Source: Aquificaceae bacterium
Lineage (GTDB): Bacteria > Aquificota > Aquificia > Aquificales > Aquificaceae
Assembly (NCBI GenBank): GCA_041640635.1
Contig: JBEPZX010000001.1
Span: 1 to 64,000 of the forward strand
DNA: 64,000 nt
Direction of reading: 5' to 3'
The position numbers and the translations under genes are program-made. Below are positions 30,659 through 39,770 of this stretch, one piece after another. Under the pieces are notes generated by a model, which worked only from the letters and a program-made list of their open reading frames with translations, had not been told where the DNA came from and made no database searches. How positions within the stretch are numbered: the first letter of the stretch is position 1; each line of letters begins with the position of its first letter.

Positions 30659-31882
30659 TCACTTTATAAGCTCTCCAAGCTTGAATATAGGGAGATACAG
30701 TGCTACAAGTACAACTCCTACTATTCCACCAATGAACACCATAAGCATAGGTTCTATTAGCTTTATCATACCATCAACTACCTTATTAAACTCATCTTCG
30801 TAAAAATTGGCTATTGTGTCTAGCATATTATCGAGTCTACCTGTATCTTCTCCAACTTTGAGCATAGCTATTATAAGCTGTGGAAAGAGTTTTGTTTCTT
30901 CAATGGCTTTGCTGATAGGTTTACCCTCTATTATACCCTTTCGCGCTTCATCCATAGACTCTCTTATAAGTATGTTGCCTGCTACCTCACCGGCTATCTC
31001 AAATGCTTTCTCGATAGCTACACCACTTGCAAATAAGGTTGCCATAGTTCTTGCCCATTTGGCCATTACACTTTTTGTAACCAAGTCTTTAAGTTTTGGA
31101 ACCCTTAAAGAAAAGGCATGTATGGATTTTCTAAATTTGTAGTTATTGTTGTATAGGTAGGTGAAGAAGAACCAAAAACCTGCAAAAGATGAGACAATAA
31201 TCAAAAAGTTGGATCTAAAGGCGTTTGATGTATTTATGAGCATCTGTGTAGGGAGAGGTAATTGACCACCTAATGATTTGTAGAGATCAGCAAAAACGGG
31301 TACTAGGAAGTACAGAATTCCTATTAGTATAACAATAGCTACAACTAGTACAAAAATAGGATAGAACATAGCACTTTTGATTTTACTCTTTATCATAGCC
31401 ATTCTTTCATAGTAGTCCGCTGCTCTAGCAAGAGCTAGATCTAAGTTTCCCGTTTCTTCTCCTACCACCACCAGGTTAATAACAAAGCTTGGGAAAACAT
31501 CACTAAATTTGCGCATTGCATTGCTAATACTGTTACCTTCACTTATTAGTCTAGATACTTCTAAGAGTGCATTTGATAGTTTTTTGTTAGGTATGCTGTC
31601 TCCTATAACTTTTGTAGCATCAACTACACTTACACCAGCGGATACCATAGCTGACATTTGCCTACATACAATAGAAATATCTCTATCACTAACCTTACCA
31701 CCAAAGGGAAGGTTTAGTTTTATAGCTTTACCTTTCTCCTTCTCCTCTATGGGTAATATGTTCACTATGGTATAACCTTTGCTCTGTAAATCGGCAATAA
31801 GAGCTTCTTGGCTAGGATATTCTCCCTCTTGTTCCATTAAACTTCCTTGTTCTGTATATATTTTGTATTTAAACTTAGGCAC
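30659..31882 (-). CDS. pilC: Type IV pilus platform protein (GspF family)
   Basis: Two GEETG/GEDTG repeats, AMFYP, IEP; follows pilT. Confidence 0.9.
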   Translation of the reverse strand: MPKFKYKIYTEQGSLMEQEGEYPSQEALIADLQSKGYTIVNILPIEEKEKGKAIKLNLPFGGKVSDRDISIVCRQMSAMVSAGVSVVDATKVIGDSIPNKKLSNALLEVSRLISEGNSISNAMRKFSDVFPSFVINLVVVGEETGNLDLALARAADYYERMAMIKSKIKSAMFYPIFVLVVAIVILIGILYFLVPVFADLYKSLGGQLPLPTQMLINTSNAFRSNFLIIVSSFAGFWFFFTYLYNNNYKFRKSIHAFSLRVPKLKDLVTKSVMAKWARTMATLFASGVAIEKAFEIAGEVAGNILIRESMDEARKGIIEGKPISKAIEETKLFPQLIIAMLKVGEDTGRLDNMLDTIANFYEDEFNKVVDGMIKLIEPMLMVFIGGIVGVVLVALYLPIFKLGELIK

Positions 31883-32978
31883 TCAATTTCCCCCCTAACA
31901 TTCTCTCTAATTCTTTTACATCTGGTGAGTATTTGTAAGCATTCTCTATAGATATAAAACCAGCTTTGTATAAACTTGCCAGAGATTGATTCATGGTTTG
32001 CATACCAGTTTCAGCCTGTCCTGATTGCATTAAAGAGTAAACCTGTTGCAGTTTATTTTCTCTAATTAAGTTTCTTATCGCTGTGTTTGGAATAAGTAAT
32101 TCATAAGCCAAAACTCTGCCACCACCTGTCTTAGGTATGAGCCTTTGAGAGATTACACCCTGCAATACAAAGGAAAGTTGTATACGAACTTGTTCCTGTT
32201 GCTCTGGAGGGAAAACATCTATGATACGTGTAATTGTAGATATTGCTGTATTTGTATGAAGTGTTCCAAATACCAAGTGCCCTGTTTCAGCCGCTCTTAG
32301 AGCTATTTCAATGGTTTCCAAATCTCTCATTTCTCCAACTAGTATGACATCAGGGTCTTCTCTAAGGGCTGCTCTTAAAGCCTGAGAAAAACTTTCCACG
32401 TCTTCTCCTATCTCTCTCTGGTTCACTATGCTTTTCCTGTGGTTGAAAACGTACTCTATGGGATCTTCTATTGTTATTATGTGATGAGGGAAGGTTTCAT
32501 TTATGTAATTTATCAACGATGCTAAAGTGGTAGTTTTACCTGATCCAGTAGGACCTGTAACCAATACCAATCCCATGCTCTTATTGCAAAGTTGTAAAAC
32601 TTTCTCACTTAAACCTAACTCTTTGACGCTCAGTATCTTATTTGGAAGCCTTCTAAAGACACAAGCAATTGAACCTCTTTGAAAGAAGATGTTAGACCTA
32701 AACCTTCCGAGGTTTTTTACTCCAAAGGAGAAATCTACCTGTCCATGCTCTTCCAGTTGCTTTTTGTGCCTCTCTGACATAATAGAGTAAGCTATTCTCT
32801 GCGTAATATCAGGCGTAAGTGTAGGAAATTCCAGAAGTTGAACTATCTTTCCATCTATTCTTAAGGAAGGTCTTGCGCCAGCTGTTATGTGAACGTCGCT
32901 TGCGTTTCTTTGGACGGCTATATTGAGTACGTCTATAATTCTAACATCTTTCTCTTGAGAACTCTCTATAGGTGTCAT
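31875..32978 (-). CDS. pilT: Type IV pilus retraction ATPase
   Basis: GPTGSGKTT, TIEDPIE, LREDPD, TLHT, AIRNLIRE. Confidence 0.95.
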   Translation of the reverse strand: MTPIESSQEKDVRIIDVLNIAVQRNASDVHITAGARPSLRIDGKIVQLLEFPTLTPDITQRIAYSIMSERHKKQLEEHGQVDFSFGVKNLGRFRSNIFFQRGSIACVFRRLPNKILSVKELGLSEKVLQLCNKSMGLVLVTGPTGSGKTTTLASLINYINETFPHHIITIEDPIEYVFNHRKSIVNQREIGEDVESFSQALRAALREDPDVILVGEMRDLETIEIALRAAETGHLVFGTLHTNTAISTITRIIDVFPPEQQEQVRIQLSFVLQGVISQRLIPKTGGGRVLAYELLIPNTAIRNLIRENKLQQVYSLMQSGQAETGMQTMNQSLASLYKAGFISIENAYKYSPDVKELERMLGGKLSA

Positions 32979-33017
32979 TTCCTAACTCCCCACTAAAAAG
33001 AATAATCTAATACAAAA

Positions 33018-33797
33018 CTAAAATATTTTCCATTCTGATGGTAAATCTCTGGGAGGAAGTCCTACATATTGAGTTTCTTCCTCCTCATTTAGCCTCTTGG
33101 AGAAAGGTTTCTCTGTAGTTAGTTCTTCGTAAACGTGGGCTACCAAACCTGGTATTCGTCCTATTATAAAAAAGCCTTTCCCTAGTCTCCAGTCAAATCC
33201 CATTTCTGATGCTACTGCTGCAATTCCACCATCTACATTCAGCACTAATTTTTTACCTTTTTGTCTTCCAATTTCTTCTTCAACAAGTTGTGCAAATTCG
33301 CAATGTCTTCCATAGAAACCTAAACTTTTGGCTATATCCATAAGCCTTTTTGTTCTTGGGTCAAATTCTTTATAGTATCTGTGCCCATAACCTGGTATGG
33401 GTTTTTTGCTTTCTAAGTATTCCTTTACTATCTCAGTGACATCCTTTCCGCTAGAAACACCCTCTTGTATGAATTTCATAGCATCTTCGAGAGCTCCACC
33501 ATGAGCTGAGCCAAAAGCCATAACACCTGCTGCTACACCCACATTTAATGAATTACCACCAGATGCTACAGCCCTTGCTGCAATAACAGAAGGCGGCGCT
33601 ATGCCATGATCAATAACGGAAACAAACATAGCTTCCATCATCTTGGATTCTTTTTCGTTAGGAAGCTCCCCTTTCAAAATAAGGTAGATGGCTTGAGCAA
33701 AGCTAAGATTTCCTACAAGATCTAGTAATCTGTAACCTCTTATGTAAGTTTCGTGACCTATATGTTGTGTTATAGCCGTTTTCCACTTTTTTTCCAT
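33018..33797 (-). CDS. ccl: Citryl-CoA lyase (reductive TCA cycle)
   Basis: Citrate-synthase-like: WKTAI, DHG, HGGA, IPGYGHR, DPR, NVDG; 259 aa stand-alone. Confidence 0.88.
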   Translation of the reverse strand: MEKKWKTAITQHIGHETYIRGYRLLDLVGNLSFAQAIYLILKGELPNEKESKMMEAMFVSVIDHGIAPPSVIAARAVASGGNSLNVGVAAGVMAFGSAHGGALEDAMKFIQEGVSSGKDVTEIVKEYLESKKPIPGYGHRYYKEFDPRTKRLMDIAKSLGFYGRHCEFAQLVEEEIGRQKGKKLVLNVDGGIAAVASEMGFDWRLGKGFFIIGRIPGLVAHVYEELTTEKPFSKRLNEEEETQYVGLPPRDLPSEWKIF

Positions 33798-33818
33798 CTC
33801 TACACTCCTAAGCTAAAA

Positions 33819-35135
33819 TTATAGCATCTCACTGTTTACTTTAACTTTAGTATTCTTTAGTAGGTTATCTATGTACATATTTACTATAGAATTTGCCTTT
33901 AGGTTAATAAGTTCGGTATCCACACCTGAATTTTTATCCTTTGTATCTCTTTTAGCCTCTATATAAAGTATTCCATAACCTTGTACCATGCTGTATGGAC
34001 CAAAAACTTTATCTTTGGAAAAAGCCAATTTTACTATATCCTTTTGTCCCATCTTTAGGAAGTTTAGTATGCGAGGTATGGGAGTAAAATCAAAAACAAC
34101 ATACTTAGCATCTATATTACCAGTTTTCCTTAAGGATTCTGTAAGTTCACTTGCTTTTTTGGATAGGATTTCAGACTTTTTCAGGTTCATAACTTCACTT
34201 TCCAGCTCTTTCCTAACTTCATTAAAACTTTTGTAGCTGGTTTTTCCCAGATTTTGCAACTGGATTACATAGTATTTATTATCTATTTTCGTCACAGTTA
34301 TAGGATCTTTCTCCGAGAGATTTTCCATAGCTTTTAGTATCTGAATATCTAACTTTGAAGAATCATCTGGTAATGTATAAATGGTAGAGTTAGGAACGTC
34401 CTGATTATTTTTCAAACTTCTGTATATACTACTAGCTTTTTCTTTATCCCCTTCTACTATCCAAAGCTTAAAGTTTTTTTTGGACTCTGTTTTGAATCTA
34501 TCCTTGTTTCTTTCGTAATACTCCATTAATTCTTTTTCACTTACTTCTATGAATTCTTTGACATCATTAGGGCTTAATATATAAAGCCTTCCAGAAACTT
34601 CTGTGTTGTTTATTGCTTGATTTATTTTTATTTCTTCTTCTGTCATATAAACGCTGTTTTGAATAAAGGTTAAGAGTTTTTGAATACTTAAGATTTTTCT
34701 TATATATTCTTCGTATTGATTAGCTTCTAGACCGTTGCGCGAGAGTATCTCTTTGTATTTGTAAGAACTAAACACACCATTTTCTTGAAAGGTGGGATCA
34801 AGCTTAATGGTTTGTATAACCTCCTCGTTGGAAGCTGTAAAACCTAAATCTTTTGATTCTTTGTAGAGTAGGCTTTGAACAATTAAGTTTTCTATAACTT
34901 GTTGTTTAATAACATTTTCTATTTCCTTGTTTGTTAAAAGGCTAGAATACCTTAGCATCTCTCTTCGGTATTCGCTCAGTGTAATACAGATTCCATCAGC
35001 TTCTGCTACACATTTACCACTTTTTATAAAGTTGAATGAGTCATTCTGTACAAAGAGCCATAGCAGAAATCCAAAAGTGGCGACTCCCATAATTATGGTG
35101 GCAATTTTCTTATGCTTATGCAGTATCTGGTACAT
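33819..35135 (-). CDS. SurA N-terminal/PpiD-like periplasmic chaperone
   Basis: N-terminal TM anchor, FQENGVFS..YKEIL, VSEKELMEYYERNKDRF. Confidence 0.78.
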   Translation of the reverse strand: MYQILHKHKKIATIIMGVATFGFLLWLFVQNDSFNFIKSGKCVAEADGICITLSEYRREMLRYSSLLTNKEIENVIKQQVIENLIVQSLLYKESKDLGFTASNEEVIQTIKLDPTFQENGVFSSYKYKEILSRNGLEANQYEEYIRKILSIQKLLTFIQNSVYMTEEEIKINQAINNTEVSGRLYILSPNDVKEFIEVSEKELMEYYERNKDRFKTESKKNFKLWIVEGDKEKASSIYRSLKNNQDVPNSTIYTLPDDSSKLDIQILKAMENLSEKDPITVTKIDNKYYVIQLQNLGKTSYKSFNEVRKELESEVMNLKKSEILSKKASELTESLRKTGNIDAKYVVFDFTPIPRILNFLKMGQKDIVKLAFSKDKVFGPYSMVQGYGILYIEAKRDTKDKNSGVDTELINLKANSIVNMYIDNLLKNTKVKVNSEML

Positions 35136-35255
35136 ACTCTACTTCATTTTAACACATATTCAAGCACATATCTGGTAAAGTCATTTAGGAGAACCTAAAT
35201 TAATTAATAATTAAATCATATGAAAATTGGGAATTAATGTTACAATAGTGCTCAT

Positions 35256-36704
35256 ATGGAGCTGAAAGATCTTAAGCGGATATTTGGCAATGTGCCAGTA
35301 CCTGTAGTAATAACAGATAGATCTTTTAAGGTTGTTTATGCAAATTTTATTGCAACTTCCAAAGGTTTAGTTTCTTTAGCAGATTGTGATGAATTGGTTA
35401 GTAATGCCGCAGGTAAAAGTTATCACAACGCAGTGTGTGCCAAAAAGTTGGATAAAGGAGAAAAGATTTTTTACTTACTTGGGTGGTATGATAAGGGTTC
35501 AGATTTATATATAATAATTTATATAGACTTTGATGAAATAATAAAAGCCTTTCGACATAGTAAGGTCAAACCCGAGCTATTTTTGGACACTAGTCCTTTT
35601 GCAGTTTTCTTATGGGAGAATAAACCAGGTTGGCCTATAGCTATGGTATCTCCCAACGTGGAAAACATATTTGGTTACACGGCTCATGAGTTCATTACAG
35701 GAAAGGTTTCGTATGCAGAGATTATCCATCCAGAGGATATAGAAAGAGTATCTATGGAAGTGAAGGAGAACACAGAAAATAGATCTCCAGCTTGGACTCA
35801 TCAAGATTACAGAATAATTACAAAAGATGGAAAAGTAAAGTGGATTTTTGACCATACTGTACCAATCTTCGATGAAGAAGGTAATGTGACATACTATTAC
35901 GGCTATATATTAGATGTTTCTGAAAAACATGAGAAAGAAGAAATACTTCTAAAAATAGCTTATTTGAGTCCAGTTGGAATAGTTATATACGATCCAGCAT
36001 CCAAAAAGGTAGTTTTCTCCAACAAAATAGGTAATGAACTTGTTTCTCATTTAGGGACTGGTTTTATAAATCAGCTAGAAAAGGGTAAACATAAATTTGT
36101 AAGATCTGGTAGAAAAATATATAAAGTAGAGTTTTCTTATGCTTACCATGAAGGTAAAAAGATAATCTTAGTGATACTCACAGACATTACGAAGGAGAAA
36201 CTTTTGGAGAAAAAACTTTACAAACTAGCTACAAGAGATAAGCTGACGGGCATTTACAATAGATATGCATTAAATTTATTCATGGAAAAGTTGATAGATT
36301 ATGCTCAAAGGAAAAATGAAGCATTTGCAGTTGTACTTTTTGATGTTGATCATTTTAAGCATATAAATGATACATACGGACATCACGTTGGTGATCAAGT
36401 TCTAAAAAGTATTGCACAAAATGTTAAAAAAGTCATTAGAAGATCTGATATGTTTGGAAGATGGGGAGGTGAAGAATTTCTTATAATCCTCACCTCTACG
36501 AAAGATCCTGTAAAAGTAGCGGAAAAGATAAGGAGAGCTGTAAAAGAAAACGTGTATGTTCGTGGGGTACATATAACCATATCTGCAGGCGTTGCTCAAT
36601 ACAGACAAGGAGATACATTGGACAGCATTATTCTAAGGGCGGATAACGCGCTTTATGAAGCTAAAAAATTGGGAAAAGATAAAACAGTATTTATTGAAAA
36701 GTAG
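35256..36704 (+). CDS. PAS-domain diguanylate cyclase
   Basis: PAS_3 (IIHPED, YRIITKDGKVKW), DKLTGIYNR, RRSD I-site, GGEEF. Confidence 0.92.
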   Translation: MELKDLKRIFGNVPVPVVITDRSFKVVYANFIATSKGLVSLADCDELVSNAAGKSYHNAVCAKKLDKGEKIFYLLGWYDKGSDLYIIIYIDFDEIIKAFRHSKVKPELFLDTSPFAVFLWENKPGWPIAMVSPNVENIFGYTAHEFITGKVSYAEIIHPEDIERVSMEVKENTENRSPAWTHQDYRIITKDGKVKWIFDHTVPIFDEEGNVTYYYGYILDVSEKHEKEEILLKIAYLSPVGIVIYDPASKKVVFSNKIGNELVSHLGTGFINQLEKGKHKFVRSGRKIYKVEFSYAYHEGKKIILVILTDITKEKLLEKKLYKLATRDKLTGIYNRYALNLFMEKLIDYAQRKNEAFAVVLFDVDHFKHINDTYGHHVGDQVLKSIAQNVKKVIRRSDMFGRWGGEEFLIILTSTKDPVKVAEKIRRAVKENVYVRGVHITISAGVAQYRQGDTLDSIILRADNALYEAKKLGKDKTVFIEK

Positions 36705-36802
36705 AGTATATCTTTGTTAGTATCCTGCGTTTTTGCTCTTATCGCTTAGGTGTATTTATCCCCTTAGAATTTAATCTTTTAGATGTATATAGAAGCAAGT
36801 GT

Positions 36803-37318
36803 TTACTTTTTCTTTGGTAAAAGCGAGAAAGAGAGAAACATTCCTTCCTTTTTTGGTTCATTTTCTATTTGTCCTATATCAGAAACTTCACTTAGTATTC
36901 TCTGAACCAACCTGTCTCCAAGTTCAGGGTGAGTGTTCTCTCTACCTCTAAACTTTATGCGCACACGTACCTTATCCCCGTCCTCTAAAAATTCCCTCAT
37001 GTGTTTCAGTTTTACTTTTAGATCATGTTCATCTATTCTTAAGGATAGGTTTATATCTTTTACTTCCATTGCGTGTTCTTTCTGTTTCTTTTTTGCTTCT
37101 TTTTCCTTCTTTTTTTGTTCGTAAATGAACTTTCCATAGTCTAGCAATTTACATACAGGTGGATTTGCTTGAGGTGCTATTTCTACTAAATCAAGACCTC
37201 TTTCTTCTGCCAATGCGAGAGCTTCCTGCAAAGGTACTATACCTATTTGTTTTCCACTTTCATCGATGAGCCTTACTTCTTTTGCCCTTATTTGGCGATT
37301 AACCCTATAATCTACCAT
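36803..37318 (-). CDS. infC: Translation initiation factor IF-3
   Basis: NRQIRAKEVRLI, LDLVEI, PPVCK, DYGKF, GDKV, FRGRE. Confidence 0.96.
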   Translation of the reverse strand: MVDYRVNRQIRAKEVRLIDESGKQIGIVPLQEALALAEERGLDLVEIAPQANPPVCKLLDYGKFIYEQKKKEKEAKKKQKEHAMEVKDINLSLRIDEHDLKVKLKHMREFLEDGDKVRVRIKFRGRENTHPELGDRLVQRILSEVSDIGQIENEPKKEGMFLSFSLLPKKK

Positions 37319-37361
37319 TCAAACCTCCAGAGATTTTTATTTTTTAAAAGACAGTAAAAGT

Positions 37362-37769
37362 TCATGATCTTAAGAGTGTTACAAGTGAAACTAAAAAGTT
37401 TAAGAATAAAACAAAGGTGGATAGTAAGGAAACTTTTCTAAATAGAACTCTTCTCGGATCGTTGTAATCAACAATATCTATGTTTCCTAAGTGCCTCTTA
37501 TAATTTTTTAGCCACCGTGATATTACCACATTAGTACTTAGCATGAGCATGAGTAAAAGAGCATAAAACTCTCCATCTGTTGTAATAAAATAAATCAACA
37601 AAAGAAAAAAAGCAATAGGGTAAAAGCGCCAAAGTATCATGCCGTAAAATTTTCCAGCCAAATTTTTGTTTTCCTGTGTTCTTAAAAGCACGGGCGCCAC
37701 AATAAAGAGTAACATAAATAGAGAGCCTATATAAAGGGATATAGCTAACTTATCCATCGTCCAAAACAA
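37362..37769 (-). CDS. Small 4-TM membrane protein (DUF4149-like)
   Basis: FIVAPVL...AGKFYG pattern; hydrophobic segments. Confidence 0.6.
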   Translation of the reverse strand: MFWTMDKLAISLYIGSLFMLLFIVAPVLLRTQENKNLAGKFYGMILWRFYPIAFFLLLIYFITTDGEFYALLLMLMLSTNVVISRWLKNYKRHLGNIDIVDYNDPRRVLFRKVSLLSTFVLFLNFLVSLVTLLRS

Positions 37770-39003
37770 ATACTCTATCCTTACCAGTCCTTTTAGCGAT
37801 GTACATAGCTTTGTCTACCTTGTCTATGTTATCCATATGATCATCAAAGTTGTCAGCTTTTGCAACTCCCACGCTTACAGTTACGTGTATGCTAATATCT
37901 CCAGCTTTTATGGGATTTTCTTTAATGGATAATCTTATTCTTTCTGCAACATTTCTTGCAGATTTTATATCCGTATGGGGAAGAATCACTATAAACTCTT
38001 CTCCACCGTACCTAATAGGTATATCGGTAGCACGTATAGACCTCTTTATTACGCTTGCAACATGTTTCAAAACTTCATCTCCTACTGTATGTCCATATCT
38101 GTCATTGATAAGTTTAAAGTTATCTATATCTAGCAACATAAGACTAATGTCTGATCTGTATCTCTTGCTTCTATGCAGTTCCTTGTTTAGGGTATAACAT
38201 AAATAATTTCTGTTGAATAATTGTGTCAATGGATCATAAACAGTTATCTTGGAGAGCAGTTTTATCAACAGCGAGTTTAACATATCCAAGAGTTTTGTAG
38301 AAATTCTATCTACTTCTTTTACAGATAAAAAGTACTCATCAAAGCTTTTATTCTGCACGTTTAGTGCGTAGTTTATAGCTTTATGAAAGTCTTGGTGATA
38401 CCTAATAATGTCTAGATATACGCTTTCATTTGTTAGTATATTTAGCTTTTCCATGTATGCAGAAAATTTGCATTCTTCTGCAGATATAGGTAAATTAAAC
38501 TCCTTATCTTCAGCAATTGCTTCAAGGAAATTTTTTATGTAAATTAGGTGTGTTTTTTTAGCTTCCTCTAATGTTTTTATTAAGTCTAAGCTTGCATTCA
38601 TAATAGATGCTGTATCTTGTTCCTTGTAGAGGTAGTCTGAAATGTAGGGCTTAAAAATCTGTTTAAAGGCTCTATCTAAGTTGTCCATATATTTCTTATG
38701 GTTTGTCTTTTCTAGGCTTTCCTTTATTGAGGTGTAAATGCTCAAAATCAGAAAATCAGGAACACCTATGCGGAAGATTCTTAGTCCCCACCTCTTAAAA
38801 CTTGCAGTATTCTTTTGATCAAAGTTGGTAGAGGTTAGCCTATTTATCATTCGGTTCAAGAGTTTTTTCAGAACATCTAGTTCAAGGCTATCTAAGTCCT
38901 GTATATCTATACTTTTTAGTCTTTCAAGTACTAAGTCTGTGATTTCCTCGGTTTTTACATGTGTTTTTTTCACTCTTTTGTCTAACTTGGCAAATCCTCC
39001 CAT
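37750..39003 (-). CDS. Diguanylate cyclase with CZB-like zinc domain and globin-like N-terminus (start likely ATG 39003)
   Basis: H..., CKF, HQDFH (CZB pattern); DPLTQLFNR, RATD, GGEEF; TATTAT 7 nt upstream of 39003. Confidence 0.85.
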   Translation of the reverse strand: MGGFAKLDKRVKKTHVKTEEITDLVLERLKSIDIQDLDSLELDVLKKLLNRMINRLTSTNFDQKNTASFKRWGLRIFRIGVPDFLILSIYTSIKESLEKTNHKKYMDNLDRAFKQIFKPYISDYLYKEQDTASIMNASLDLIKTLEEAKKTHLIYIKNFLEAIAEDKEFNLPISAEECKFSAYMEKLNILTNESVYLDIIRYHQDFHKAINYALNVQNKSFDEYFLSVKEVDRISTKLLDMLNSLLIKLLSKITVYDPLTQLFNRNYLCYTLNKELHRSKRYRSDISLMLLDIDNFKLINDRYGHTVGDEVLKHVASVIKRSIRATDIPIRYGGEEFIVILPHTDIKSARNVAERIRLSIKENPIKAGDISIHVTVSVGVAKADNFDDHMDNIDKVDKAMYIAKRTGKDRVFVLDDG

Positions 39004-39078
39004 CCTTATAATAATAAAATCTTTAAATGTTCTGTGCAACAGAATGTAATTAAATTATTAATAGTCCTCTATATGTAT

Positions 39079-39768
39079 TTACAAAATCTCCAAAAATCTC
39101 TTAAATATTGCTTCAAAGCTTTTACTAAGTCTGTGGTCATCGTCCACTTCCACATATTCTTTCACTTTAACATTGGATACAAAGAGTCTTGAATGCTCAA
39201 CAGGAACTACTTTATCTTGTGTTCCATGACACACGTATATGGGCAAGCTTGGGGTTTTGTCAAAAAGAACTTCACCATCCCTTATTATTTCGTAACCTTT
39301 TTCTATTATATCCACGGCAAAGTCCTTGTTTATGTAAAAGTCCAAACCTGTTTCACACTCATAAATGTGAAGTTCTTCTTTACCTTCGAGCCAATTTTTA
39401 CAGTTTTGCTGTCCTTGTTCCTGTAGAGTTAAACTAAGCGTAGAGTAAGAGGGGGCAAACAACAAAGCAGCCGTTATATCTTCTCTGTAAAATCTAAGAT
39501 AATTTAATATAACGTAAGCGCCGTGAGAGCTACCGCTAAGGATAATGCGAGAAAATCCCTTTGTCTTGAAACCTTTGATTAGCGTATCCAAGAGCTCTAG
39601 CGTTTTTGTGGTTGTTGTTCTATGGTAATCCATGTCCATAGCAAAGAAGGACGCTTTATCTTTTAGAATGTCTTGCATAATCTTTATCTTGCTAGATTGA
39701 GTGTTTGAGGCAAATCCGTGAAGGTGTATCAGTATTACCTTTGGATTGTAAGGCTCCAATATAAACAT
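39079..39768 (-). CDS. YqiA-like alpha/beta hydrolase
   Basis: HLHGFAS, GSSHG nucleophile elbow, HGTQDKVVP, DDHRL. Confidence 0.85.
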   Translation of the reverse strand: MFILEPYNPKVILIHLHGFASNTQSSKIKIMQDILKDKASFFAMDMDYHRTTTTKTLELLDTLIKGFKTKGFSRIILSGSSHGAYVILNYLRFYREDITAALLFAPSYSTLSLTLQEQGQQNCKNWLEGKEELHIYECETGLDFYINKDFAVDIIEKGYEIIRDGEVLFDKTPSLPIYVCHGTQDKVVPVEHSRLFVSNVKVKEYVEVDDDHRLSKSFEAIFKRFLEIL

Positions 39769-39770
39769 AA

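Noticed and set aside
36705..36802. Spacer between the convergent DGC and infC as sRNA or terminator
   Set aside because: No convincing stem or recognisable RNA motif by eye
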